Assembly (NCBI GenBank): GCA_030141605.1
Contig: JAQGDQ010000235.1
Span: 124,001-188,000 of the forward strand
Direction: 5' to 3'
Source: Tubiluchus corallicola
Lineage: Eukaryota; Animalia; Priapulida
DNA length: 64,000 bases
The first letter of the stretch is position 1. Every line of letters starts with the position of its first letter. The notes below the pieces were generated by a model. It ran no database searches and had not been told where the DNA came from. It saw only the letters and a program-made list of their open reading frames with translations. Shown piece after piece: positions 1 through 13,210 of this stretch. Both the position numbers and the translations under genes were made by a program.

Positions 1-641
1 GTATGTCAGTCCTCACAGCTAGGGTGTACAGGTGTATCTGTATGTCAGTCCTCACAGCTAGGGTGTACAGGTGTATCTGTATGTCAGTCCTCACAGCTAG
101 GGTGTACAGGTGTATCTGTATGTCAGTCCTCACAGTTAGGGTGTACAGGTGTATCTGTATGTCAGTCCTCACAGCTAGGGTGTACAGGTGTATCTGTATG
201 TCAGTCCTCACAGCTAGGGTGTACAGGTGTATCTGTATGTCAGTCCTCACAGTTAGGGTGTACAGGTATATCTGTATGTCAGTCCTCACAGTTAGGGTGT
301 ACAGGTGTATCTGTATGTCAGTCCTCACAGCTAGGGTGTACAGGTGTATCTGTATGTCAGTCCTCATAGCTAGGGTGTACAGGTGTATCTGTATGTCAGT
401 CCTCACAGCTAGGGTGTACAGGTGTATCTGTATGTCAGTCCTCACAGTTAGGGTGTACAGGTGTATCTGTATGTCAGTCCTCACAGTTAGGGTGTACAGG
501 TGTATCTGTATGTCAGTCCTCACAGTTAGGGTGTACAGGTGTATCTGTATGTCAGTCCTCACAGTTAGGGTGTACAGGTGTATCTGTATGTCAGTCCTCA
601 CAGCTAGGGTGTACAGGTGTATCTGTATGTCAGTCCTCACA
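1..641. repeat. 39-bp tandem minisatellite, ~16 copies, runs off the window start
   Basis: Unit gtatgtcagtcctcacag(c/t)tagggtgtacaggtgtatct repeats head-to-tail with almost no divergence. It produces the repetitive ORF 3..794. Confidence 0.97.
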
Positions 642-2811
642 ATTAAAATTGGAATGGATACATGTGTAATAAGCCCTGGAAGATGTGGAAACTTATTGAT
701 TTTTCGTTCAGAAGTTCAAAGTTCAAGGTCACAAGTTTGTTCTAGGAATCTAGATTCTTGTAGTCTTGTTTGCATAAATTATTGCAGTGTTTAAATCGCC
801 TGTTCCGTGTTCGTAGTTCCTTTTAGAATTTTTTCTGTTTAACTATAATTTGTGCACACAGCCAAAGTACCAAAACTTAGAAAACATGATACGTACTGAT
901 AGTATTTGATTATTCGTATCAGCGGATGAAATTAACTGCAGATGTTGGCCTATCTTCATTACATAACGAGACTTGTTCGCATTTTTGGAATGAATACCTA
1001 GCAATGGCATTTCTGTGCTCCGTGTGAATTACAGAATTTTCTCTATGCTGCAGTGCAGTAGCGGGTCGTGTATAGTTACTATGGTACTAGAGCACCCCTT
1101 GTTTTCAACTCATTGTTATAGATAATATTCAATATAATAAGTCTTTTTTGTTTAGTTCTTTTTATACTTGTGAGGAACCGGATCACGTGAGGGTAGTACA
1201 GTTTTTGCTTCACAGCACAAGCAACATGATATTTGATTATTGTGTGCATGCGGCCATGCACACATGTATGTCTGAGACAACACGTTAGACACTAGCGTTT
1301 GCTGCTAGGTAGAAAAGTACTGCCTCGAACACAGTAACAATTGCCATGTGATTACCGCGTAGCGTCATATTCTTGGATGTGATAAAGTGTAAACTTAGCA
1401 TGTGTGCTTAAAACATGAATTATTTAATAATGGATGCCTTGCATCCCCAATAAATAAGTTCTGTGACTGTAAGTGAACTACAACAGCTTAGTTTTTCACA
1501 GTTGTCTCTCCATGAGAAAGTTGCAGTTAAAAAAAGAGGCCTTTCAAATGTGACTAAAACATTAAAATTACATATCTTTATCACGTTTTACACAGTATTA
1601 AATCAACATCTAAAAATTTTCTGAAGCAGCACCCCCAGTAATTTTAGTCACGAGCCGCCACAGGTGCAGTATAATTCTCTTTTTGTAATTCTTTCAGTTA
1701 ATGGCTTCCCTTATGAATTCATCTCACCTGCCCACCTGAGTCTCGTCCTATTTCTTAATCTTACGATCTCGTTACTTACAGCTTCCCAAGTCTTATCATC
1801 TTAATAAAAAGATACGTTAGAATAACTTGCGGATGCGAAATTGTCACTTGGGTTGAATCATTTTGCTCGTACTAATGAGTTTTGGGGAACTGGGTGAATC
1901 ATTTGATCTGTAACCTGTGTAGATGAGGGACAGTGGGCTGAGAGACCAGGATTGTCTTGTTTTCCAGAAGTAGTTGCTGGCTTGTTTCTCTTATTTTTGA
2001 TTAGCCAGAGAAAAGCAGGGAGATTGTTCGTACTTACTGATACTAAGCTAAATCAGTAGGCCCCGTGTATTAGACCCACGGTCTTGTAGAACCAATCGTC
2101 TAATTGTCTCAAAAACCTCTAGTACGGACCATTTCTTACTAGTATAAAAAACTAGTTTACAAAAGTATATAAAAACTGTCGACAATTGACTCAAATAATT
2201 CTGCACAATTGATACAATATTTTTATACTGAGAGATATTCATGTGGTTACACTGATGTAATGATGTAAACAAATTGACGGCCCGCCAACTAGCGGTCAAC
2301 TCGCAAAACTGATTCTTGCAATATCCTTAAAAGCGAGGTCTGGCAAACGGAAATTTGAGTCTAGTTACTCTAGTAGATACTGAACATCCGTAAGCTTGTG
2401 TAGATGGATAACTGTGCAATCAGCCTTCTAAATTTTGACAATTATGGATGCGTCTGTTTTATTTCTCGCAATGATAGTAGCATTGTTGACCAAATAAAAG
2501 CAAAATGGATGACACAACGCATACAGTGATCCAGTTTTTCAACCAAGCATTTCACAATGTTATATTCTATTGTTGCTCCTGGACGTAACTTTTTTAATGT
2601 CGTCTTTCTCATTTTCATCTGGAACCGTCTACAATAAGATGTTGATCAGACAAGTCACAAGTGTTTCTGTATGGTAATATTGTTACAGTTTGTAGAGCTG
2701 ACAAACTTCTAACTTCGTTTAAAAACACATTTATTAAAACTGATTTAAAAAAACAAGTAGCTTTTAACAAAGTAGAGCAACAAATTTCCTCGCCATAACT
2801 CCGGCGTTCTG

Positions 2812-3240
2812 CTTCTTCTTCTTCTTCTTCTTCTTCTTCTTCTTCTTCTTCTTCTTCACTGAATCACACATCCAGGGACATGATTCTGCTCACCTCCCTA
2901 TGCCAGGACTCCCTACACTCTGCAATGCCCCAAGTGGATTTATTTCTAATGATCAATGCTGAAGTGTTTAAATCTTTCTGTGCAAAATCTAAATATGTTA
3001 ACATTTGTCCTCCTGCAGGTTTTTTAGCTGGTTCTACGAGTTGTTAAAGAGTTGTCTTCACTGGAATATCATCAGGTAGTCTAAGCATATGACGTCTTAA
3101 ACGGCGTCTTTTTATTTTTCTTGTCCAAGGTGCTTCTTTTATTTTTTCATATAAATCTTTGTTAGAAATTTTCTTTGGCCATCTAATACCCAAAATGTTT
3201 CTGTAATTTCGCCTTTGAAACGCATCGATTTTAATGTCCA
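2812..3240 (-). mobile_element. 5'-truncated RTE-like LINE 3' end with (GAA)n tail
   Basis: Minus strand reads WPRKISNKDLYEKIKEAPWTRKIKRRRL...HMLRLPDDIPVK...KKPAGGQMLTY...CRESW, typical of an RTE ORF C-terminus. It is followed by (gaa)n, seen as (ctt)n at 2812-2857. Confidence 0.75.
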
Positions 3241-3807
3241 GAGCTCAGAGTTATACTAATCTGCACACTTCTTTTTTTTGCTCTCCTCTGCTCCGTCTTC
3301 CTAATTTGCCCAACTAGTTCACTAATCAAGCCATATTATATCTGTGACTCAAGTACAGCTTAGTCGAGCGCAACAATATTACCACACAAAGATTCATAGC
3401 AGTTATGTGAAGCATTTAAGGATCGAGTCACTGTAGTTAGACATTATTACTACAACAACAACATAGTTAAGATCGAATTATTACTTTCAAAATTGAGAAA
3501 AAAACAACAATTTTTCTAGAGCCTTTTGGACTTTGCGAACACAATATTGATCAGATGAAGAACAAATTATTACTTTCAAAATTGAGAAAAAAACGAACAA
3601 CTTTTCTAGAGCCTTTTTTTAAAGGAAGACGGGATGATTTTTCATGTTACCCCATTTTCAAGTCCGGTAAAAGTATGCATTTTAACACAGTTAATACTGG
3701 AAAAGTGTTTCTGATTTAACGGCGGGCGAGCCCAACTATTGATGATAATTTTCAACAGGAAAAATTTTCCACGAGCGCCTTGCATGTGTTTGCGAAAGCG
3801 AAAATTG

Positions 3808-4210
3808 AAGTACATTGCTGCTGTAAGATATTCAGTGTGTTGTACTAAAACTAGGCAAGTTTTAAGGTAAAAATTCAAATTTCAAATTTACCGCTTTGTT
3901 CATGCATAATGTGTCGGACGTGTGTAGCCCGTCGTAAACTAACACATCTGGACTGAGAGGTACAGCACCTGTACCTGGTGCAATGTTGTTTGTGCAAAGC
4001 ATTTGTGCAACACTAGTGCCCGTATAACTAGCGAATGGCGAAATCCATGTAACAGTGAAGAACTAGTCGCGCGAACGTGAAATTGTGTTTGAGAAGTAAT
4101 AATTTTTTCACGTAAATCATTTTTGAAAAAGTAGTATGTTTTCCCTTTAATACTTTAAAAGAATTGATTGTTTTGACCTGCAGTTTAAGATTGGGTCCGG
4201 TTTTGCTTTA
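3808..4210. repeat. ~400-bp dispersed repeat, copy 1 (other copies 6518-6652 partial, 6751-7147)
   Basis: Shared blocks gctgtaagatattcagt...aaatttcaaatttacc...gtgaagaactagt.gcgcgaacgtgaaattgtg...cagtttaaga...ggttttgcttt. Confidence 0.75.
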
Positions 4211-4214
4211 AAAT

Positions 4215-5050
4215 GGAAGGACAAAAGCTGGCAATGTCCTACTGACGTTTTAGGATTTCATTAGATACATTTGCACGAAACACGATGCCGACAGTGAGTT
4301 CCATAGAAAAGCAGTCCTGGGGAACATTGGGTCCAGTTTTGCTTTAATATGAAGGGACAAAGGTTGGCGAAGTCCTACTGATGTTTTAGGATTTCATTAG
4401 ATACATTTGCACGAAACACGATGCCGCCAGTGGGTTCCATACAAAAGCAGTCCTGGGGAAGGCTAGAAAAATGATGGCTCGGGAAATTTGAAGTGAATTG
4501 ACATCTCTTTCTGTTCGAGTGTGGCTTCCTCTAATCTTCTACTGTCAACAGTATGACTGGTCGTGGCTTCAGTCTACTGGTAATTTGTTTTTTCTTTCCG
4601 AGGAGGAGTGTCTGTCTGAGACTTCTGGGAAATGAAATAATCAATAACTGTGAAGAATTTTCAGACATTCAAATTCCCACTTGAGTGGCCATTTACTGTG
4701 AAACCTGTGTTATCTGGAGATAATGGTTTCTTGATCACGTCAATTCAGAGGAGAATAGTGAAATTGCAGAGAATTTGCCGCGCGTCGGACTTTGACGAAA
4801 GAGAAAGTAAGCAACGACAGGGGCGCCTCTCTGTGTTACGTAATCTTGCAGTAAATGTTTCACAGAATGTAGAATAATTTATTCGTCTCAATAACATAGT
4901 AAACACAGCATTAACAGATCGTGTTGTTGGGCGCCGAGTAATCCACTAGCCGAAGTAGGAGATGTCATACATGGGCTGCCCAAGTAGGACACTAGAGACA
5001 GGTCGCGAATTGAGTCGTTAAGTGTACTGGCACCGTCCGTTGTCCTTGTT
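4215..5050 (-). mobile_element. Decayed CR1/L2-group LINE 3' fragment with ~137-bp local duplication
   Basis: Minus strand FPRTAFLWNSLSASCF matches the LINE ORF2 C-terminal FPRT..LWNSLP motif. It occurs twice (about 4190-4325 and 4327-4460). A QIRP-like remnant lies near 5000. Confidence 0.55.
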
Positions 5051-6517
5051 TATGGAATAATAATTAAAAACGTCAGTAGACGTTGAATAATTTATTATAC
5101 ATCTGATAAAAGAAAAGAATTTTATTCCGAGCTACAAGAATTAATATTTGCCAATATTAATCTTCTTTGAAGTGAAATAAGCACACTTTTAGCTGATTCC
5201 AACATTTGTTTAAGGTATATCATTTTTTATCTTGTCTTGCTTCACAGACAGGTGATACTTTCACTCCCTCTTGGACAAATAATTGTTTTCTACTAAGTAA
5301 ACGGGTTAGCGAGTTATGTGCCCTACATAGTTTCTCTCTTTAAAGCATTAGATACTTAAGTTAATGTTATGATGATATTGTTGTAAAAAATACATTTGTA
5401 AATAGTCAAGGACTATCCAGCATTATTATAAAGTTACTTTTTTTCGAAAAACAAATTTACTTTTATGTTTTAGTATGTCATAAATCTCAATTTTCGCTTG
5501 GGCTACCCATGTACGACGCTGCTTTTCCGCAAATTTAGCACATGCGTTTTGCCGGAAGTGTCCTACTTGGGCTAATGGGCTACTCGGCGCCCTACATGTG
5601 TGACAGTTAAGAAGGACAGGGTGGTGAAAAGATCGAAAGGTCATCAAGTCTACCACCCTTCTACTAAGTTGACATTACAAAACTCTACTTAGATTAGCAC
5701 TGTGAGCTATGTAAATTGAAGATTTCAATGTTATTATATTTTAGCACACACGTCACCAACTGAGTAAAATTTTAAATCATTATATCCTGTCAATAAGATT
5801 AAAAATAGCTTTTCTGGTTAGTGAGTGGCGCCGCCTGCAGGGTGAGCGAGTGACATCCAATTGGCATTAACATTTTAAATTATTATTTCTAGTTACAAAA
5901 GTCTTTCCAGCAGGTAAATGAAATGCTAAGTAACCTAGATTTGCATGGAAAGTAAAGTAAAGTAAAGCCGCCTGCCTCATCAGTTGAGTAGCTTCAGTTT
6001 TTTACATGGACTTTACTTAAATATGCATTAGTCCGTGTGTGGAGTAATTTACTAGCAGGATCTTGCTTGGGGCACTTCACCATGTTTTTGACCCATTGAT
6101 TTATTTACTAGTTTTTTGGTTTGGTCGTCTATTTATGATTGTTGACAAAATTCTGAAAAAAAACTTTTACGGTGAACTCTGATTTGTAGAAATTTTTTGC
6201 TTAATGAATGTGGCTAGAACAATTTGAATTACTTTGCGGCGTATTGTCCTTTGGCGCAATGGATGAGGCAGCAGACCATTTTGCTACGTTCCAGAGATTG
6301 TCGTGTCGTAAGCCTAGAAATAATGAAGTTGAACTCAAATCAAAATGTATTTAACTCCTGTTGTTGATTAATTGCATTATTAACCCAAAGTGTTTTTCTC
6401 ATTTCATAACAATTTTGACCTGTGTTTCACATAAAATCTAAATGCTATTTTTAGTTTGATCAAGATTGACCTGATTTTGTTGCCCTCTAATGAAAGTACA
6501 TGAATTTTCTTTACTAT

Positions 6518-7147
6518 GGCGCGAACGTGAAATTGTGTCTGTGTGGTAATAATTCTTTCACGTAAGTCATTTTTGAAAAATAGTATGTTTCCTTTCAATG
6601 TTTTAAAGAGTAAATTGTTTTGACATACAGTTCAAGAGTGGGGGTCGGTTTTATACATGCTTCTTTCGTTTCTCCCTCCTTCTCTCTCTGTCTCTCTCTC
6701 TCTCCGTCTCTCTGTCTCTCCCTCCCTCTCTCCCTCGCCCTCTCTCTCTCGAAGTGCAGTGCTACTGTAAGATATTCAGTATGTTGTACTATAAAACTAG
6801 ACAAGTTTTAAGATAAACATTCAAATTTCAAATTTACCACTGTTCTCATGCATGAGCTGTCAAATGTGCGTAGTTCGTCACAAACTAACACATCTGAACT
6901 GAGCGGTACTGCACCTGTTTTTTGTATAATGCATTTCCGAAACCTAGGCTGTAGTGCCCGTGTAACTAGTGAATGGTGAAATTCATGTAAAAGTGAAGAA
7001 CTAGTGGCGCGAACGTGAAATTGTGTTTGTGTGGTAATAATTGTTTCACGTAAGTCATTTTTGAAAAAATAGCATGTTTCTTTCAATATTTTAAAGAGTA
7101 GATTGTTTTGACCTACAGTTTAAGAATGGGGGTCGGTTTTGCTTTTA
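6518..7147. repeat. Partial plus full copy of the ~400-bp repeat, separated by a (CT)n microsatellite (~6670-6750)
   Basis: Direct similarity to 3808-4210, and a CT-rich tract between the copies. Confidence 0.75.
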
Positions 7148-9017
7148 TTGCACTTTGTTAATAAAACAATAAATTTGATTCATTCTCTCATATAGCATCA
7201 TGTTCTGCCATAATTATCAGTCTTACAAATTTCGACTCAGATTTATTGGTGTCTTGAAAAAGAGAAATTAGTCATTTTAATGAATTTACAAACCACTGCA
7301 CTGATTTTAAAGCAGATTTCATAGATAAAGCATAAAAATTCTTCTTGAAATTTCATATCATTTACGTGCCATCTTATTGCGCACAGAACCTGCTTCAGTA
7401 GTAACGCTGTATGAAACTTGTAAATTTAAACTCCCGCGATGACCGTTAGGCGCAGCCATTTTGAGGGCAAGTCGTTTCAGATAAATTTAGATAAAATTGT
7501 GTAAAGTTTGAAAAAATAATCAAAACATTCATACCGCATTCCTCAACAACTAAAAAAAGTTTAAATTACTTTACATGCTCAATAACAACAATGATGTGTT
7601 TTTGGTGAATCAGCGGTGCACACTGGGATGGCGATACAGTGGTGCATGCTGGGAAGGTGAATCAGCGGTGCACACTGGGATGGCGATACAGTGCCATTTT
7701 ACTAGGTGGCGCGAATATTGTAAATTATTAAAAATTTTCTTTTCAAATTGCATAAGTTTTTTAATTTTAAACAGGTAAGCGTAATGTAAAGTAATATAAA
7801 GTCGCGTGGGAAGTTTTTTGGCACACACTTCAAAATTGCCAATATAGAACCAACATAGCTAAACATTTTATAATATTTCAAGGACCAAAAGTCTGTAATG
7901 AGATTTGTCAATCTGCAAAAAATAGCAGATCTATTACTAGATTTATAAAAATGCTAAAAAATCAAATTTTAAGCAAGTATCAGTGAGTAATCAAAATTTC
8001 TATCAGTATCCATCCACATAGTAGTGGCAAAACAGTGGTGTTATCTTAATCAAGTTATCTTAATTTTACATACTATTAACAAATAATAGTCTTTCTATCT
8101 TTTATATCATCTCATATATGAGCTTCATTCATTACATCATTCCATTTTAAGCACTAATGTTTTTTTATCACGATTCACTTTAAATTTCAGATTATCTCCA
8201 TTACTTTTTTTTCTATCACTGTGTGGGACAATCTAACAAGCCCTGCTTTTTGATTGCCCGCAACACATTTACCTTCGTGTATAAGTGAACAGTGTTTGAG
8301 GCTTTTCCTGTGCAGTATTTCTTATTTGTATTACGTTCATTGTAGGCCCTTTCACTAGATATTGTACATGAAACTATTGTAAATGTGTAATGTGAAATAA
8401 ATGACTTATGACTTATGCCGTTTTTTCTCCTTTAACCCAGACCACGCCAAGAGTTGTGTAAACTCGTAAACTGATTATTTCGTAGTACTTTCAATGTTCT
8501 GTGGTATTTTTTCAACTGTTCCAGTATAGCCATGTTTAATGAGACGTATCTTGAAGGAATTGTGCAATAAATTATGAATGTTAGCCATTGCTGTAGGCAT
8601 CAGTGAAAGTAAAACGCTAGTAAAATCAATGAGACATGTTTCTAGCTGTTCTAGCCAGGTGATTATGATGTCTATTTTTAATTATTTACCTCAAGCAATA
8701 CCTGCTCCATAAGCCTTAGGTGAAAACAACACTAAACACTTTGACCCAGTAAAACATTTGCCGCTTTGTTAAAAGGGAAGGAAAGAGAATTTTAATGTAC
8801 ATCCCAAACAACTTTTCGTACAAAAGAACTTTTCATACAAACTTTCATTACGTAGCATTATGCTTACTTGTTTGAAGAACTTATGCAACCTAAAATTTTT
8901 TTTGTGATAAAAATGTACTAGACATATAATTTTCAGCATTATACACTTTTCTTCATTTGTGTCTTAATTATAGGCTGTGCTAATTTGCATCTTATTCACG
9001 AGTACTACTCATTTCAG

Positions 9018-9227
9018 CTTGCAAAGTCGAGTTGTCATGGGTCAACAGACAGGTCGGAATAATCGCCGGAATAGTCGGAGTTTTTAAGCCACGTTGCACG
9101 GCTTCTGGTGATTACCAGCCATTCCAGAGTTGGGCCAGTACAGGATATTCGTGGTGTGTTGACAAGCATGGTTATGAAATTAATGGAACAAAGGTTAGGC
9201 CTGGTGAAATTGCTAAATGTGCAGAAG
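9018..9227 (+). CDS. Host gene exon: thyroglobulin type-1 domain (4-Cys variant)
   Basis: tttcag|ct...gaag|gtatga, 210 bp, phase 1-1. CKVELSW...VFKPRCTASGDYQPFQSWASTGYSWCVDKHGYEINGTKVRPGEIAKC contains the P.C...G.Y...Q and WCVD..G.EI.GT motifs. Confidence 0.9.
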
Positions 9228-9599
9228 GTATGAGCTTTTGTAACTAACTTTAGAAGTTTTCTTTTTTGTTTTACGTAAATACTATAGATATATCTGCCAT
9301 ACTTTGTAGTCCTCATACATAATATTCGGGCAGCAGAGTAAGAATTTTTAGCTGAATCGTGTTTAGCATTTAACAATCAATTATTTTAGATTTTATTTCT
9401 TTGGAAAATCTTAAAAGTATTCAGGTGATGGCATTTTGTCATCCTGGATTAAAATATGCACGCTTTCTTTCAAAACGGCTGTCAATTCCTTTATATATAA
9501 ATTGCCTTATATGCAAAGTTTATATATGTATGTATTTTATCTGAGTTGTGTGCAGGCTTTCACTAACAATGCTTAAGTAATTCACTCATTAGGATTTTA

Positions 9600-11220
9600 A
9601 TCCTTAGTGCACGGTGTGCAGAATATGCAACTTCATGTCACAATTTTGTTCAGGGACTTTGTTTCCATTCAGTTTTCAGAAACATAGCATGAGGGCTGAC
9701 AAGAAAAATGTGATAAAATCTGCCAGTGGTTCAAATAATATGCACAGGGCTGTGTGCATAGTTTAACTTTTTCCCAACTTGTACAAACATTTACCCAATA
9801 TGTGTGATGGGTAAAAGCAAAGCCTTCTTAACAAAACTTTCAATGGAGTTTGGGAAAGAAATGACCAACATTCAAGCATATCATATAAAAGCAAAATAAG
9901 TTCTGTTGTTTTCAATTTTTTCAATAAACTGTTCGCATCCTAGTGGATTTTGCCTTCACTTGTATTGGACACCCACCCAGCAAAAGATGATCTACCTTGC
10001 TGCACTCTTTAACTCAGGTTATTATTACCATACTAAGGTAGTTTTTATTGCACCTGGGCATATTATTCACACAAGATAATCACAACTAATGTAAACTTTT
10101 CTGTACAAAATGTTTGCCACATCTTACAAAATTTGAAAACCAAATGTAGTCACACCCCTGATGGCATACTGAGCATTTCGTTTTCTAAACTTACTCGTAA
10201 CATAGCGACTCCTTTGAGCATGATATTTTGAATATCTTTTCATTTCTATACTCTGTCTACGGGTTGGTTAACCACAGATATCATCCCTGTTTTTAAAAAA
10301 AGCTGACTTGCCAGATCTCTGTAATTATTGACCAGTTTTATTAAGTTATGATGGTTGCAACAGAATGGAAACTTGCATTAGAAATGAATTGTTTCATTAC
10401 TTTTAACTCGTAAACTTATCACAATCACATTTTTAAAGATAAATCCGCTTGTACTGAACTGTTAGAATGTACAAATAAATGGAGTAATTTCTTAGACGAA
10501 GGGTTTTAATATGAAAGAATTGTTTCGAGCACAGCCCAGAGTTCCATATTAGGACTAATATATTTTTACTGTATATAAATGATTTTTCTGACAATCTGAA
10601 CTTGGTCTTTGTTAAGCTGTACGTTGATGTAACTGATGGTAATCAAAGTCTTAGTCATGCTTTGGACATTCTTGCAGAACGGCCCAACAAATGGCAGCTC
10701 ATAAGCGTGAATTCCTTCACATATGACACAGTAATCACCATTTTTAGTATGCATTAAACCACACACCTTATCAGTAAATACTAATTGTAGAAACTTGGGT
10801 GTTACCCTGCTTTCAGACATAAAATTTTCGATTTTCTGTACTGAACAATTATCCAATGCATTTACATTTAAAGCGGAAAATATGATTTTTCATGGCTTTG
10901 TTGCTAAAAACATTGGCACTCTTTTAACATTGTATAAGTTATTCGTTCAACCTTTGTTGGAATACTGCACCCTGTATGGAATTTTATCCTCATAATGTTA
11001 CTATGATTGATAAAATTGAGTGGGTACAAAGATATGTACAAAACGGTTATAAGTTAACTGTTTTAGTAAACTTGACCGTTTGAAACTACAGGCTTTTGTA
11101 CCAGACATTTTATTTTTGATATGAAAAGTGTGTGCAAAATTTGCCATGGTGGGAGCAAGCTGAAATTTGGCAGTTTCTTCAGGGACATTTTCTCTTAATG
11201 TCACAAACAAGTCATTGTCC
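9600..11220 (+). mobile_element. Heavily decayed CR1/L2-group LINE ORF2 (RT) remnant
   Basis: Fragments TPDGILS, IIPVFKK..YxPV, SSILGL..LYINDF and LYKLFVQPLLEYC, with many stops and indels. Boundaries approximate. Confidence 0.7.
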
Positions 11221-11871
11221 GTAATAATAAATCTTATGTCTCTAATTCCTTTACTAAATCCTCTTACAACAATTTCTTGCTAACAGCTCTACTCACTAAT
11301 GTACACAGACTCTTAAGGAGAGTGCTGGCAGTCAATTCCACAGGCATAGGTCAGTAGCTGCATCCTCACTCTCGTGCAGCTTGCTTTGCTTTCCTGTACA
11401 AATTTCATAACGTATTTTTGTAACACGGTTAAATTTACAGAGTTAAAGTGATATAAATATTTTAAGCAAATCTTTTTGCAGAATAGAATGCTCTTCAGTT
11501 TTTACGCTATACAGTTTTAGGTATAAACTGTGACTTAGAAACTACAAGGCTATGGAAGATCTGTGAAAAATCTATTGACTTTTCGTATTTTCCTGTTAAA
11601 TACTCCTTGAATAAAAAAATCAAAGTGTAATTCTCTTTCACAAAAGATAGAGTTTGCTCTGCAGTTAGGCTGTTGTTGGCATTTTTGTACAGCGACGTTT
11701 ATTTCATTAGAATTTGGTTACAGAACTATTTCATATTGTGCATGCTTGCTGAAAGACATTGCTTTTATACCTTTATTGGGACAAAGTTGATCTAGCCGTT
11801 CAATTGTGTAATGCAGTGTTGTATGTCAAGTTTGTGGTCTTACAAATGTGACAAACTTGTTCATTTTTTAG

Positions 11872-12099
11872 ATGTTTTGGAGAATGTGCTTGTTTCAAGA
11901 AAAAGTGCTACAGAGACACAGCTACCACCAGTTCCACCACCGATCTTTCCAATATCACCAGAGCCGTGCGCATGTCCAAAACTACATTTTCCTGTGTGTG
12001 GAAGTGATGGAAAGATATATGCAAATCCGTGTGTTTTAAAGTGTGAAAGCCTTACAAGCGGTCTTACAGTAGTAGCAGCAGACAATGACGACTGTTTAG
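11872..12099 (+). CDS. Host gene exon: Pro-rich linker plus Kazal domain (P1 = Lys)
   Basis: ttttag|at...ttag|gtaggc, 228 bp, phase 1-1. CACPKLHFPVCGSDGKIYANPCVLKC...DDC shows the six-Cys Kazal pattern. Confidence 0.92.
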
Positions 12100-12613
12100 G
12101 TAGGCTAATAAACAATTTTATTTTTTAGATGAAAGTTTAAATCTAAACATGATTATTGAGCTTGGGCTAAATTAAATCATTATTAAATGCATATTATACA
12201 TTAAAGGGGTAGTTTTCGCTGTGAACTATTCCTTTATTAAGTATGGGGGAGTATGGGAGCTGAAACCACCTGGAAATCATTATACTGGCTGGTACTTACC
12301 GAGGTTTGTAGCTGAGTTTTCCTTCCGTTTACTAACATTGTACTGTTTAACTTCATTTTGTACAGTAAAAGAATAGAGTAGAATTCCTAATCTTGAAGAA
12401 CCTATGCTTTGGAGATTGATGTGCTCCCAATGTGGGTTTGGTTTAATGCATGTTTTTACAAGGATGACCTACCAAAGCACAAGATCTTTAATTTGCCAAA
12501 CTTCACGCATTCAAGTAAAAGAAATCTTAAGGCATAAACACGAGAAAACAATTTGAAGCCGAATCAAATAATGCCATTGTCTAAAAAAAGGCTACTAGGT
12601 GCTAGATTACGTT

Positions 12614-13108
12614 TGTGAAAGTCATGTTTGAGGTTGTAGATGAATCACTTTGTAGAAAAACAAAAAACAACTATACTACATATTTGCACAAAACTGAAAA
12701 GCATTTGTTAGACTACATACACATATGTAGAATGACTGCTACACTGAACACTGAGAACAAGAGTGTCCTGCACTGATCACTGAGAGTTAGACAGTAAGTA
12801 ACATGAGTATCACGACTGCTGCACTGCACTGAGAGTGTGAGTTAGACAGGTGTGTAGCACGACTAGCATGACTTCTGCACTGTGAGTGAGACAGTGACTA
12901 GAAAGTAAATCCAGTCAGTATATATAGGTATAGGTAATTATGCAAACTTGGCTTCACGAAAACCATTACTATAAAATAGGGAGAGATCCAGTGAATATGC
13001 ATATTCACTGGACTGTACAATTATACTAGGGGTGAGTTTAGCTAGTAAAATGTAAAAGGATTAGTTAATAGATGCAGCACCTAAAAATATACACTTACAA
13101 TTTCAACA
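12614..13108 (-). repeat. BEL-1 3' LTR
   Basis: Direct repeat of 17977-18423 with substitutions and a ~50-bp indel. The adjacent PPT reads caaggtgggagta on the minus strand (13109-13121). Confidence 0.95.
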
Positions 13109-13210
13109 TACTCCCACCTTGAAACGAGAACATTAGAGTTTCAATACAATGCAATTCAATACAGTGAAGCAACAATAAATGAAATACTGCAAGATTTGGC
13201 ATCAGAGGGA

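Noticed and set aside
3-794. 263-aa repetitive ORF, possible CRISPR array or telomeric repeat
   Set aside because: It is a by-product of a stop-free 39-bp tandem unit. There are no unique spacers, and ttaggg occurs only once in some units.
6595-6811. ER-rich and SL-rich ORFs
   Set aside because: Translations of a (CT)n microsatellite.
7603-7695. Two direct copies of ggtgaatcagcggtgcacactgggatggcgatacagtg
   Set aside because: A simple local duplication with two copies and no array or further structure.
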